From: Dipteris shenzhenensis
Lineage: Eukaryota
Strand: one strand, 5' to 3'
DNA length: 64,000 nt
Assembly (NCBI GenBank): GCA_047967505.1
Contig: CM106538.1
In this document: positions 1 to 14,317 of the stretch, piece by piece
How the letters are laid out: each line of letters opens with the position of its first letter
Position numbering within the stretch: position 1 is the first letter of the stretch
Notes under the pieces: model-generated
Databases searched by the model: none
What the model was told of the DNA's origin: nothing
The model's input: only the letters and a program-made list of their open reading frames with translations
Translations under genes and position numbers: made by a program

Positions 1-3000
1 CCATGCAACTTTGATTGTCGCATCTTAGCACAATTGCCTCATCCTCTTGCACTCCCATGTGCCATAAGATCCTCCTCAGCCACACTGCTTCACAAGCAAC
101 AAAACATATTGCCTTGTACTCAGCCTCGGTAGAAGACAATGCCATTGTTTATTGTTTCTTACTAATCCAAGAGAAGATACCTGAACCTAAAGAGAAACAA
201 TATCCAGAAACTGATTTCCTAGAATCACCATCTCCAGCCCAATCTGAGTCACAATGACCAGCCAAGGAAGTGCCCGTATCATAAGTGATGCCATAATCAA
301 GAGTGCCCTTCACATACCTGAGCATCCGCATCCCTGCATTCCAATGATTCTCCCCGGGCTTATTGGAGAACCTACTCAAAACGCCAACAACAAAACTGAT
401 GTCCGGTCTAGTGTTGCACAAATAGATGAGACTGCCGACCAACTTCCTATACCTCCCGATGTCTACTGGGGTGGTGAGGCATCCTCCATAGACAGCCTCG
501 TATTTGCCTCCATAGGTGTAGCTATCTCCTTGCACTCAAACATACCAAATGCCTTCAAGATCTCCTTTGCATATTTCTGCTGAGAGATGAAGATCTTGCC
601 TGGCTCTTGCCAGACTTTAATCCCCAAACAATAGTACATCAAGCCTAAGTTTGTCATCTCAAACTCTGTGCTCAATGCCTTTCTAGTCTGCTGGATCATG
701 TCTTCATAGTCACCTGTAATAAGGAGATCATCCACTATAGAACAATAATAGCAGATTTTCCACCTTTCCTATACACATACAAGTTAACATCTGAGGCACA
801 TCTTTTGAAGTTTAATTTATGAAAGAATTTGTATATCCGTTGGTACCATGCTGTTGGGGCCTGTTTCAGCCCGTACAGAGCCTTCTTCAGCTTACATACA
901 ATGGAGGGCCTCAAACCCAAGTGGCCACGTACACATCCTCCTTAAGGTCACCATTCAAGAATGCTGATTTAACATCCATTTGATAAACTGGCCACTTTTT
1001 ATGAGCAGCCACCAATAGTACTGTGCGAATAGTGGTCATTCTGGCAGTCGGGGCGAAAGATTCAAAAATTTAACCCTTCAACCTGCGAAAGTCCTTGTGC
1101 AACCAATCTGGCTTTGTACTTTTCCAAAGTCCCATCGGCCTTGTACTTTACCTTCCAAACCCACTTGGTGCCAATAACCTTTCTGTTAGGTGGTCGATCT
1201 ACTAGCTCCCAAGTTTCATTCTTCATGATGCTGTCATATTCTACTTGCATAGCATTTTTCCAATCTCGGTCTGCAAGTGCTTCCTCCAAACTTGCAAGCT
1301 CCTTTACTTCTGCAATAATCTCAACCATCAAGGCCATATTGACTATGTGAGCAGAAGCCCTCCTTTGCTCCTCGATTCTCTGAGACCGCCTTGGTCCATC
1401 TACATGCTGCTCAACAGACATAAGCATCTGGTTATCATGGTCATAGAGCTACCTTACCCATTGCCGCAATGGCTTTTCCGATGGTGTAACAACAGGTTGG
1501 TGACTTATACCTTCATCATCTGATATTTCCTCCTCCTTTATAGCTCCTAGACCAGGTCCATAGTGAAGTATCTCTTCGCTTGATGATAAAGTGGAAGAGC
1601 TTTTCTCTACCTCCACTGCATGTGGCTGCTCCCTGAACACCACATCGCGGCTCGCTATGATCTTCTTTGCCTCTCAGTCATACAGCTTATAGGCTTTCTT
1701 CTCATCACAATAGCCTAAGAAGATACATTTAGTGCTTTTTAGTTGTAGCTTGTTTCTCTCTTTGTCTGGTACATGCGCATAGCATTCACACCCAAACGTT
1801 CTGAAGTGGTAGACAGATGGCTTCTTACTGCTGTAAGCCTCATGTGGTGTTTTACCTTTAAGTGCCTTTGTATAGCTGCAATTAAGGATGTAAACCGCAA
1901 TATTGACAGCCTCAGCCCAAAAGTGGTTTGGCAATCCAGCACCTTTCAACATACACCTCCCCATCTCCACGGTGGTCCGCATTCGGCGTTCAACAACCGA
2001 ATTTTGCTGAGGCGTATGTGGTGTCATCGTTTGTCGCTTGATCCCTTTGCTCTTGCAAAAATCTCCAAACTCTGTAGAAACAAACTCACCACCACCATCC
2101 AATCTGATTTTCTTCACCTTTCTCCCTGTTTCATTTTCAACAAGCTGTAGCCATTCTTTCAATTACCAAAAGCTTGAGCCTTTTCGCGAAGAAAGTACAC
2201 CCACATCTTCTTACTATAGTCGTCGACAATCAATAAAAAATAGGAAGATCCCTCCAAGGCCTGTGTAGGCATCTTACTGCACAAGTCAACATGCACCAAC
2301 TCTAGAGGAGCGTTTGCTCTATTCTTGCTTTCTTGTGAGAATGCCTTTCTCTGTTGCTTGCCCATTATGCAAGCTTCACACGGTTCTTTGATTTCTGCTA
2401 CTGCAAGTGAGCAACCATACCTTGCTTCTGCATCTCCTTCAACACTGCAAATCTAATGTGGCCGAATCTTTCGTGCCAAAGTCTGCTTGTGCCCACTCCA
2501 ACGGTGGCTGTAAGAGCACTTAGCTCATACAAATTGTTCCTCCTTACTCCTATGCCAACCAAATTGCCAGCACTATCCAAAATTTTTGCTCCTGTCTTGT
2601 TGAACCTCACCTCATGGTCAAGGTCAGTTATTGAAGCAACTGATAGCAAATTTCTCTTGATTTGTGAAACATACAACAAATTAGATAGTTTCTTAACATC
2701 TCCATTTACATAAACAAATGAAACCGTACATGTACTCTCAACAGGGTATTTTGCGTTATTTCCAACCATCACGGTGATGGGTTCCTTTAGAGGCTGTATG
2801 GAACAATATAGACCCTTCTTGCAGGTCATGTGACAAGAGGCGCCACTATCCAACACCCATGAATCAGTGGTTGACGCTTCTTGAACTGAGGAACACCCTT
2901 CCTCAATGGCCAAAAATAGATCTAACTCTGCTTCCGCTGTGTTAGCTGTCTCTTTCCCCTTATCTGTCTTCTTCAAGGTACCATTCTTTTCATCTTCTTT

Positions 3001-4550
3001 CTTGACCCGGCAATCTGCAATCACATGACCATTCTTCTTGCAGTGGAAGCATTCTCCCTTAAACTTCTTCTTGCCACCCTTCTTCATTTTGTCACCACTA
3101 GTAGAGGAACCACCTTTGCCTTTCACAGTGGCAGAGAACGCAGCATCCCCATTGCTGCCTCCATCTCAAGCTTTAAGCCTCAATTCCTCCTCCATAAGTA
3201 AAGCATAGAACTCCTCAAATGACAATGGTTGGGGTCTCACCTCAGTGTTAAGCACCGTTACCAGTCCATCAAACCTTGGTGGACATATCCAAAGACACCG
3301 CCGAGCTAGCTCTTCGCTAGTCTTTTATATCCCAGTACCAGCCATCTGGTCATGCAGATTTTTGATTCGGGTTATGAACCAGCCATCTGGTCATGCAGAT
3401 TTTTTGATTCGTTGTCTCTCCTTCATTAAACTTCTCAACTGCGAGCTAATTCTCCAAATTCTAGATCGTTGTCTGATTCCGCATCTCATACTGACTCTTC
3501 AATATGTTCCAGGCCACAATTGCCTTAGATGTATGCTGAATCAAGGTCAAAACACTATCAGTAGTACTTGTAACCAGGGCACACAGAGCATCTGCGTTCC
3601 TGCGTTTCCAAGCTCGTAGAAGGTCAGCATTAGGAGGTATCGTACTCCCCGGATTTGCTGGGTCGGGGGTTCCTTGTGGTTTTGGGTCAATCCCCAGTAC
3701 TGTCTCCAGAAGCTCATATGAATCCAAAATAGCAGTAATTTTAAACTTCCACAGAGTGTAGTTCGTACCATCTAACTTGCCTTCAGTGAAGGCTGGTGGA
3801 CGAATCCTCAACGCCTGGATTGTTGGTGCAGCAACAGCTGCTGAACTCGAGCCGCTTCCTTTTGAGCTACTTCCTGTTGCCATCACTCCGTATGCTGTTG
3901 AAGTCCTCGCCTCTCTTCTATTCTTCGATCCTTAGAGCCGCCTGGGCTCTAATACCATGTTAAATTACACGGTGCAGCAGAACAGAAACTGAACAAAGAA
4001 TAGAGAGTACACAACAAACTGGAGATGAACAAAATTTTCCTTCAATACTGATGTAGTACAGATGATGGCTCCGTCCACCCATGCACTCCCACAATGGAGC
4101 TTAGATGGCGATCTAGACAGATACTAGGTGAAGAGCTACTAGCTGGAAGATATGATCTGGTACAATGGACTGGAGAGGTCGCCTCTTTATAGCTATGAGG
4201 ACGGTAGTCGGATCAACGCAATCGGTGGAGTTGACCAACCAACCTAGTCAATGAAGCCGACTAGTCAACCTAGTCAATGGAACCGACTAGTCGTCCATGG
4301 AATATTCTCTATACCGTCGCCTTGGGGGTTGAGGGCCAACTGACCCCCAGGCTGCAACAAGAATAAGGGGCTCCCACACAATCACCTTTCTACCATCAAC
4401 GGTCTCATTGATAGACCTCATCTGACATGCAAGTCAGGATCCATCCAGTGTCCCGGGCTCACACATGGCTTCTCCTCATATGGGGGCCTTACAACTTGAG
4501 CACCTTGGACCACTGGTGGTTACCAGGAGAGGCATTGAGCATATCTAACA
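1..4550 (-). mobile_element. Degenerate Ty1/copia LTR retrotransposon A (5' LTR, gag, PR, IN, RT, start of RNaseH; runs off window start)
   Basis: Fragmented minus-strand ORFs in copia order: gag KLDGTNYTLW and CFHCKKNGHVIADC, protease WVLDSGASCHM, integrase WHERFGH...RLDGGGEF...PQQNSVVER, RT KARLVAQG/KKALYGLKQAP/(Y)VDDL, RNaseH DSDWAGD...STEAEY. Many stops and frameshifts. Confidence 0.96.
3958..4550 (-). repeat. 5' LTR of copia A, with tRNA-iMet-type PBS at 3946-3957
   Basis: TGTTA...TAACA termini. The minus strand reads ...AACA-TGGTATTAGAGC (1 mismatch to TGGTATCAGAGC). Shares TCTCCTCATATGGGGG and ATATCTAACA with the LTR at 61875-62599. Confidence 0.85.
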
Positions 4551-7219
4551 AGGTCCACTACAACCATCTCAAAAATAGCTAACCTTTTAGGAACGCTATG
4601 GCTCCGTGGACAGCCATCCTAACATATGCACATATTCATAGTGCAATTTAATTTTCTCAGCATCCCCTCCTAAATTGCACTCCATAAGATGGTCAAATTA
4701 CAAGAGATGAGATGTTTGATGCAAAAACAAAGTTTTACTGAGGAAAATAAGAAAATTTTTCACCAAATTAATCTACAAAAAGATCTCTTCACAAAAATAG
4801 ACATGTTACACTTAAAATGCTGCCGAATCATAACTAAAATTGCAAAATGCAAGCAAATTCTTAAAATGCTGGCAAATCATAAATAAAATTGCAAAATGCG
4901 AGCAAATTTTAAAATTTGAGCAATTTAACCATTACTCTCCATTTCCCCCTCTTAAGAAGCTCTTGGTACTAGCTTCAAGTACGTAATGGAGAAATGAACA
5001 AACTAGAAAATCTGAAGGTCATTGAGTTGGGACAAAAAAGATGCTTAAAAGTGGATCAAGAGATTCTAGCATTCCCCTTTTTTGATAAGGCTAGGAAAGC
5101 AGGCTTGCATGTGTGCGCTTCGAGTTGACTGTGGATGTAAGTGGCCCATCTGCTACCTAAACAGTAGGATGACTGATGGAGTCCACCTCGATCAAAAACT
5201 TTGTTGCATGTTAATGAATTGTTGATATCTGGACCAATTGCTAAGTCAATAGAAATTTTGTATGACCATGCATCTTTAAGCATGTGCTCAGGGATATTGT
5301 ATGACTGTATCACAACAATTGTAAGGATGGCTGTTATAGATAAACATTGTGTACCATGTCATAGGAGCCATTCTTGATGATAAAACATCAAAAAAACAAT
5401 GCACATTATAAGCAATTGTCTATGAGTGATTTAACTCTTGTAGAGAAAGAGAGCTTAGCGCCATTGGTATAAGAATATCTAGCTGTTGACTAGCACATTA
5501 GTTACATATCTTGTTCTTTACCTGTAGCATGAAATTTATGGCTCAAATTGTAGTATGATGTCTATGACATTTGTTGTTTTCGCAATTGGGAGCTCACATG
5601 AATGCTCTTTGGCACTTTTTCTTTGCATTAGAGCTCAATTTGTGCCTGTTGCAATTCATAGATGATTGGAAAACATTGAATAGATTGGCAAGACTGATTG
5701 TATCCCAAAACTAAAAAGGAAGATATCTTTCTGATTAAGCATTTGTTCTTGCTTATGAATTTGTTGAAATGCGTGCGTTATGCATGTGAAGGAACCAATG
5801 TGCCAGTAGCATTCTGCATTGAGCTTTAGCATTGTCCTTCAGAAGAAATTGGCTGATTATGCTAATTGTAGGGTAGAAAACCATTTTTGCCTTGGATTGT
5901 ACCAAGTGCCTGCATCATATTTGGGTTGTCTGACCCTTGTGTTTGATTTAGCATCATAATCAATTGACTATATGATTGACCATTTGTCATAATCCAGGTT
6001 TGTTCACAAGACCAATTTCATGATACACCTTGTATGCTCAACAAAAAAGCTGCACACGACCCATAGTGGCTAGCGACAGTGAACAATTAAACCTTCATCA
6101 ACATAATGCACTCCAGCAGAGAGAGCATAAGCTTTCCAGGTCTCAAGCAATCACTGCAGAAGAATGTGAACATAAGCCTTACACAAGACAACAGTCATGA
6201 GTGCGGAGACAGTTACGCACCAGGAGATTCATGATGCCACTTCACCCACCAAACAGTGCCTCGAGTTTTCCTCAAAGAATAGCATCTGGGAGACCATTGG
6301 CAACATCACCACCAAGCACATCTGGGTAGCATGATGCAGCCGGGTGACGCGAGGGCAGCAAGAACGTCTACTGCCACTCTCATCAACATATGGCTGGACA
6401 TCAATTACACTTCATGAGCCGCCAGGAACCAGGGCACAAACAGTTCTAGAAAGACCTTCAAATGAAGATAGTGCTTTTGCAAGGCTTGGCCTGCAGCTAC
6501 CTTTCATATTTTCACAGATCAAGGAATCCGATGGTAGTGGCACCTGGTCCCAAGTTACTATAAGCATTGAGCCAGGACCCGGAAAAACAGGCTACAAGGC
6601 AACCACGTTCTCTCTTTCAGTGCCTTACAAAGAGCTGATCCTTTGTATGGTTTTGTATGTCAAGGGTAAGCCTATTACCTTTAGGATAATCCCTGCATAC
6701 ACTAGGACAAGTGCTACAGGTATCTTGATGAAGTTGTCTACACCCAAGTGGTAAAAGTAGCATAAAATGCCTACAGAAGACTGAAACTGGCCTAAAGTGA
6801 TGGTGCATTTGCAGTCTTTTCTGATGACAACGTTTGCATTAAAGACTTTGGCAAGGACAAGAACACACAATACTACGAATAATTGCTCTTTCAAATGGAC
6901 TTAAATGACTGCTTCAATACTTTCAAATATAGTAAACGTTAGCATTGCTCACCCTATATCCATCCTATCAGCTGACTGAGCTTTCACAATCCGCAACATT
7001 GTCTTATTCAAGTTTGTGAAAGAACATGGAAAGATTGCTTCATCATTGCATTGGAGCACACAAAAAAGGTGTCAAACCGGAGGTGACGAACAAAGCAAGA
7101 TGGAAAACAGGTGAAATTGAGTGCTCAAGGAAATTGACAACAAATCATATCATTCTTTTGCTGGCCACCTGAGAAATGAAAATGCTCAAAAAACCAAGAT
7201 CTTTAAAGAAGAGTCTTAC

Positions 7220-9214
7220 CCTCGCAAGATGTGTAGCCATCTCCCTGAAATTGAACTCCGTCAACCAGAGGACACTCGCATACTCTTCCTCGAAACGTAT
7301 CCTGTGTAGGCAAAGTTTAACAAAACTTAAGCCAGAAAAGGGGCATATTGGTTAAATTAAACAAAGCAAGCACACTACAGGCCATCAAAATATGGCAACA
7401 GGTACCTTGCACGCAGTTATGTTTGCCCTTATGTTCTGCCAACAGCCACCATTGTTGGTCAAGCACTCATTTGTTTCCATGTCTGGAAACAATAGAACAA
7501 GAAATTCCAAGCTTAGGATAAAATTGATAAATTTTATTTTTGAATGCAAAATTGACAAATGTTCAACTGACCTGAAGTCAGACAGATAGATGGTTCAGTT
7601 TTTTCTTCAAAACCTGCACATATTGCCTTTAAGACTGCCCCTTTGTCTAGTTTTCCTGCAAATCATGTCAAGACAACTCTCCATTCATATACGCCAGCCA
7701 ACAATAAATTTGGTGCTTGAAAGACTAACTACTATTTACTCTGACATAAAGTCCGCCAGTGAGCAAAGAATTGTTTGACCTCGGTATTGTATGTTGTTAA
7801 CAATCAAAGTAGGCAACATGGTGACATCTCCACGAGAGCCTTGCCCGATCTGAAGTCCATGCAAAACAGGTTCAGCTTCAGTGCTCCAGCGTAACACACA
7901 ATAGAAACAAAGAGAATGCCATTTCTAATGATAAAGCATACAGCAGTTCGAGACCTGTGTCTCTTGCTCCCCTTTCAAAAGTGCATTTTCTGTATCAGCC
8001 TTCGGATCACCCATGCACTCGCGAATTTTCTTCACATCCAGTCCTGCACAACGTTGTAAAGTTCTGCTTAGCATATTGTGTGTAACCCCTGGCAGTAACA
8101 TAAAATTCTATAAGAGATAATACGATGGACACACCAAGAGACGTGATCACTTGTTCAGCACACTCCTGGTTGTACTTTTTCTCTGCCATCGGACACCTAA
8201 TTTGGAAATCTGTTACGTAGTCCCACCATACCCAAGGTCTGTTTGAAGTTTCATTTGCCACCTTGTAAACGCAAAGCTCTCGAAGGTTTTCTGTTACAAC
8301 ATCCTTGCCTTCGTAACCCCGAGTAAAGTCTTCCTCTGGATCTGGGGCACAATATCTGCCCTTGTTAATACACTGGGATTGGCACTGTTTGCTCGTAACA
8401 ACTGACTCAGGACAATACCACGTGATGTAATGGGGAGTGAAACGTGTGTAACCGCCCTGTTCAAGTAGCTGCGCTGCTCCTTTGAAGCTCTTAACAAATT
8501 CTTTTTGAGAATCACATTTCGAACCACACTCATCGTTACTGTTGGTCCAAAATTCATACTCCACCCGATCATCAGGATGCGGAACAGATTCTCTCCAATC
8601 TAGTTTGCATTGTATCATCTCCTTGTCATCAATTGCTTTCTTGAGAGCATCGCCAAAGCTTTTCTCTATCAATGCAGAGGGAATGGTGATGTTCTGCAAG
8701 TAGTCCCCTGCGGACTTTTCCTCTGCCGGAGAGTCCATGGTGATCAGGGGTTCATCTTTATCGTCCGCGACCAGAACGGCCGCTGCTCCAGCCCTCTGTG
8801 CGTTCCAAACTTTAAGTGCAAAATAGCAGTCTGCAGGGCAAGGCCAGCTATACAGTTAGAGTTTCTCTTACGCTCGGACGTTGTTGACGAGGGGAATTTA
8901 AAGTAAGAATTACCTCCCCTGTCCGCCAAAACAATTGTAGGCAGCACCCCGGCGCCAGACCTGAACTTGTCAGCTGAACCGAAGTCATTACAAAGTTTGG
9001 AGTTATCCTTGGGATAGACAACGGTTCCACCCAAAGTCCCACCGTATTGGGGCACGCCAAAATTTCCAAGAGCACTGTCGTAAGTCCCTTTCAGTGCTTC
9101 AGGGGAGGTGATGCTAAGGCTGTTCTTCTCCACCACAAATCGTCCCAAAATTAGAGGGAATCCGATGAAGCAGCAGAGCAGATAAGCATACACGTCGAGA
9201 CGAGAAATTCCCAT
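7220..9214 (-). CDS. VSR: Vacuolar sorting receptor (BP-80/VSR family), 5' part. Exons 9214-8914, 8830-8135, 8043-7955, 7849-7780, 7655-7572, 7482-7406, 7301-7220
   Basis: Signal peptide then [22 protein letters not shown] domain [71 protein letters not shown], and [25 protein letters not shown]. All six introns are GT-AG and phase-compatible, with no stops. Remaining EGF/TM/tail exons were not found in the window. Confidence 0.95.
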
Positions 9215-10911
9215 GACGATTGATCGAGTCTCCAGGTAGGCGAACCTTTAAATAAAGGACTGTGTATCTGCTTCAGGGAAACAATTTTTGTGAATGCAGC
9301 ATGCAATTGCGGGGAACAGGAACCAGGAAAGTATCAACCGGCCGGAAAGTACACAAACGTACAGATCCAATCAAGCAATCAAAGCAAGGCAACAATCGGG
9401 GTAAAGCGCTCCTCAAGACGTAGATCTTGGCAGCAGCTCACAATCAGAGCAAGAGATGGACGAAATGCGGAAATTCAAGATGTTCTTCTGGTGCAACCTC
9501 TGCGTATGCACATACCTTGTCCCCTTGAGATCTCAGAGACCACAGCTTCTCCCGAATCTGATCCTTTCAGTTCAAAGTCTAAGTCCTCGATCATCTACTC
9601 TCTGTGATGAGAGATCGACATTGAAATTGTGGAGAGCCAAATCTGATGAAATGAGTCACAATGGAGATGAGGATAGGAATGGCGAAGAAGCCATAGCTAG
9701 GACAGGACAAATTATGAAATTAACAAGCCTAAATTCAAAATTTTAAACATTTCTGATAAGAAACGACATCCTTTTTTTGGGGGGGTCTCTAAATCACACG
9801 AGGAACGGTTTTTGTTTTGTGCACTTAAGCAATTGTAGTGGTTCTTCTCGCTTGCGGAATTGAGGTGCGCTTCCAGTGGTTGTGTATTCGCATCTCTTTT
9901 CTTTGCAGTCTCCTGTGGCCTTGACAATAGTTGATGCTGAAGAGTTGCATGTCGATATACGGCTCGACCATCATGCACGGTCACTCCTACGGCACATATA
10001 AAACAATTTGTGAATATTAAGCTTTTAGCTGTGCAAATTTGTTAGCACTGCCTTCCAGGTAGCGCTATTGTTTCACTTTTCTTAACAAGGTGAAGACCCT
10101 TCAATTGGCCTGCCTTTTGTTTTTGCATGGTGTAGTTGATTTGCGGTGTGTTTTAATTGATGGGGAATGTAGTGTGTACTAGTGAGTGGGGAGGTCACTA
10201 TACATAGTTTGTGGTTTCTTTTGTTTTTGAGTAGCAGTTTCGTTTATTTGTTGAATAATGTAGTGTATGTTAGTGAATGGTCGGACCAGTATACATAGTT
10301 TGTGCCTGCTTTTTTTGTTTTGTTTGAGTCATTTGTCCATACTTGGTCAATGGTAGTTCCATGGATTGTTGTTGGTGTAGTTATTTGTTGTGACATATTG
10401 TGCTGAGTCATGAATTCCTTGATTGAATGAAGAGATTTTTGACTACTTTTTGATTAGCCTTCTCCTTTAGTGCTAGCCTTCATCACAATTGAGTTTGCCC
10501 TTCACCTCCAGAGTGTGGACAGAAACTCAGTGCGAAGACTTTGTATAGATGGATGCTCAAGTATGTGTGGGTGTGTGGATTTGTATGTGTGAGAGCATAC
10601 TTTTATACTATGGTCTACACCCACTGCTGGGCGTTGATGACGTCAGTAGGGATGTCATAGTAGCTAGTCCCTGCTATGCGTGATGGAGTTTATGGTTTTC
10701 AATCTTATGAGTGACTATCGTGAGATTGAAACTGCACTATGTTGTATTTTTAGAGGATGAGTTTGGAACGTTCTTGGATTCACGTAAGTTCTCTAGTCGG
10801 CTATCTAGAGCTACAGTGCATGTCAAAACAACAGCAGAACAATCAGAGAATAGAGAAGGAAGAGATGAGTAGTAGCCAAAGTATTCTATGAAATGGTACA
10901 GTCACAAGATC

Positions 10912-11163
10912 CTCCTCAACAGATATATAAATCACACTATGGCACATCAGGTATACACGAAACACACATCAATTCTTAACTACTCTATCTTTCCAAGATG
11001 TAACAGTGTAGGACATCCAAATGTTATAATTATCTACTGATCAGCCTCACAGATAAATAAATCACACTGGCACATTAGGTATACACCAACAAACACGCAT
11101 CAATTCTTAACTTCTCCATCTTTCCAAGATGCAACCTTGTAGGAAGTTCAACAATGTTATAAT
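10912..11163. repeat. ~125-bp imperfect direct duplication beside the broken end of the Rep gene
   Basis: CAGATA.ATAAATCACACT..GGCACAT.AGGTATACAC...CATCAATTCTTAACT...TCTTTCCAAGATG...ATGTTATAAT occurs twice. Confidence 0.75.
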
Positions 11164-11254
11164 CGACCAGATAATACAATACACAGAGAAAAGTTGAAAG
11201 TGTAGTCCAAAGACCAAACGTTTGCATACCTCAAGCTTCAAGTATGATTAGTAG

Positions 11255-14224
11255 TTTTCGTTCTTTGGGAGGGCTCGTGTTAACGTAGCAAAATTCCCGT
11301 GTCGAGCTAGACAAAGTCAAGGAAAGGCACAAGTACACTGCTTGTTGCGAGCTGATGTGCTGTGTATTTAATATTGCATTGCTGATCTTTCTGATCCGTT
11401 CGTTCGCTGGATTGCCATCCCTCAAGCATTGAGACAATGCTTCGTTCATTGCATTTGCAGTTGCATGGTCGACCTTGGTCATGTACGATGTGCAATATGA
11501 TGCTGCACCATGTGGATTCATAACGAATTAGATGTCGATGTTAGCCTCCCACAGTTTGGACATAGTAACGTTGAAATTGTTTGTGTAAATGTCTTTGGGG
11601 TGCCTTCGCAAGAAAATGGTTGGTTGTCCGACACTTGTGCACAGTGCGAGGATGTAATCTTCTTCTGATAATGCTAGTGCTTGTAGGAAATAAGTTCTTG
11701 GAGTGTTCCTTCGTCCAACAGCTTATTGATTAACTTGTAGTTCTTTTTGTGCTTGATGATGTTTGTTGCTTCTTCTAATGCGTGCAAGACCCTTGTTGTT
11801 CGCATTGGAGGCCTTGGGATATTAAAGCGACAAGTCTGTCCTCTTTTTGGCATGTTTTCCTATGTTTGTGCCTCTAAATGCCTTTGTTGTCAAGCACGAG
11901 CATTGAGATGTCAGTGCATATGTACTTGTCAATGAAAGCCTCAATGTCAGAGTCGAGGCTATTCCTAAGAACTGGTGCATCCTTGATCCATAGAAGGCCA
12001 TGATCGTGTTGGCTCCCTCTGTTTTAGAACTCAGTGTGACAAAGGAAAAGTCAAGCACTTTGCCTAGGATTGTTGTGTCCTGTTTGAGAAGGCGCTTCAT
12101 TGCTTGGAACTTGTGGATGTAGTACCTCGCAATTGTCATGGGGTAATCACGCATTAGTGTATGCAAATCGACAATTGGATTGTTTGTGCTTTGATTGGAA
12201 GGCGTTCGCCTCACCTTGCCAAGGCATGAGACTAAAGGCTTCCAGTTCTTCTCTATAGCGGAGAATGTCAAAAAGAATGTCGGGGGGCCTAGCTGCCTAA
12301 CCATGGCAAAGAGGTTCTTTTTCAACTTGTGTTTGTAGTCAGAGGAAGCGCGGAGTCACTCGAAGTCATGGAAACCAATGTGTGATTGCAATAGGCGCTC
12401 GACATTTGTGTCTTGTGCTGCATCCTTCGCTTGTATTCATCGGCCTTGCAATTGCCCTTTCCGCATTCGAACCCAAGATGAGGACAACACCTGTGCAACA
12501 AGAACTTTCATGGTCTTGAAGAACATATTTGCTATGGACATCGTCATCGCGAATCGTCTGTCCTCATTTGTCAGTTTGTGGTGGGCAATGTCTTGGTACA
12601 ACACTCTGTCTAGCAATTTGTATTGTCGCTGATGCCCGTAGAAAATTGTTGGGAAGGCTAGCTCCTCACAGTACTTGTCCCTGAAAATGCTTAGTGGATT
12701 GAAGTCTCTGATGGAGCAATGTTTATTGTCTTGTCTTGAAAGTCCACTACTTGCTGTGTCATGTAAATCCCGTGCACCAGGGTGTTTGTTTGAATGTCGT
12801 CTTCATTCTCTACAGTGATAGGGTCATCGGGTGGCCTTGGACCTTCCTCTGCTCTAACAGCGGCAATGTGGGCAGCCCATTCTACATTCAACGAGACATT
12901 GTGTTGCTTATACAGTGGTTGATCAAGCAACTCCGCTAATGCTTTTAGTGTTAGAGTGGGACGAACAAGGCCACTCATGTAGGTGTGGCTGTACTCTAGT
13001 TTGCGTTTCAATGCGACTATCACTATCGACGTATCATCAAGACAGTGCGGCAGTACACGTTGCGCCCTGTCAACATCGGCAAAAACATTTATGATAGCAC
13101 CATGGAGACTGAACTAGCCTTCGTATGTCAACTCGCATATTTGGGCGAATGGAATCCTTATTGCGACGAGATGTTCTTCTAGAACAGCCGATGAACTTGT
13201 GTTTTTCATTTGCTGCACCAAGGGCATGTTTACTGCGGCATAGGTAGGAACAACTTCTTTGTGGATTTGGTGGTGGCATAGTCTACATAGAAGGCCAGAG
13301 TGTGCAATGCTTTGTGTCACCATGTTGTGCGTGGCCATGAAGTCAGCTACTGTTGGTGGGACGAGGCGCATTTTTCCCTTTAAACCTAGCATGCAACATG
13401 AGTCGCATGAAAATGATGGTGTATCTTGCACGCTCCTAAGGAACCTGTTTATTGCCTTCGTGTTCGATTGTCCTGCTTAACGAGGCCTTTGTTGCGCTGC
13501 TAGTGGACTCACAACTGCTTGAGCAATCGGGTTGTTTGCCATGGATAGGGTTTTCCTAGTTTTGCAGACTTTCTTTACAATGGCTTGAGTCAAATGTGCA
13601 AACAAAGAGAAGCACTCTATGTAGTGCAGTGTAATGCACTTCGCGGTCGCTTCAGGCGTTGATTAAAGCTAGCAAAGCAGTTTCATGTTCTTTAGTCCAT
13701 TGTACATATGGCTGTTTCCATTTGTGTCTATGCAATGGTGACAACTCTATGCCAGCAATGAGCTCGTCCATAAGAATTGTCTTTGGTTGTGCGGAAAGGG
13801 CACTGTATAAGAAGACAATGTGTGTCTCTAAAGAGTTTCGACATGCCAACTCAAATGGACACTAGAAGAGCTGACTTGTCTGATCAAGACAGTCTTGTAG
13901 CAACACACGCGAGTTCGAGATGTTTCGCAAAATGAGAGAAGTGTGCTCAAGATTAGGCTTATGTGGGCACGACAAGCACGAGCTTGAGAGAAAATCCCTC
14001 TAAGGAAACGGCAAGCATGTTGAAGAAGGCAATATGGAGTTACATAATGACTGTAGCAATGCCTTGTACGTATATGCAAGAAAGAAGTCGATTAAACACA
14101 GTAAAATATCCTGATTGTTTGGGTGCGTTGACTTAAAAGCTAAGTGCTTGCACTCATCGAAACATTCTATGTCAAATTGTTTATCCATCAGGAAAGCGCT
14201 AAGCTGTTGCTTCCTCTTAGGCAA
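11255..14224 (-). pseudogene. Helitron/Helentron-type Rep (HUH rolling-circle initiator), degenerate and 3' truncated
   Basis: N-terminal CDSCC...LCRLC; LKRKLEYSHTYMSGLVRP; motif 1 LFAMVRQLGPPTFFLTFSA; HUH motif TEF*NRGSQHDHGLLWIKDAP (~12030-11970); QRHKHRKTC..TCRF; NIDI*FVMNPHGAASYCTSYMTK. Stops and frameshifts throughout. Confidence 0.9.
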
Positions 14225-14317
14225 CGGGGTTAAACCATAAGCACTTCAAAATTTGTACTACAAGAAGGAGAAACAGCACAACTGTATTGCAAATATCAAG
14301 CAAGTACAAAAGCCTCT

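Noticed and set aside
6344-6754. 136-aa plus-strand ORF in the VSR intron
   Set aside because: Non-ATG start and no recognisable motif or splice structure.
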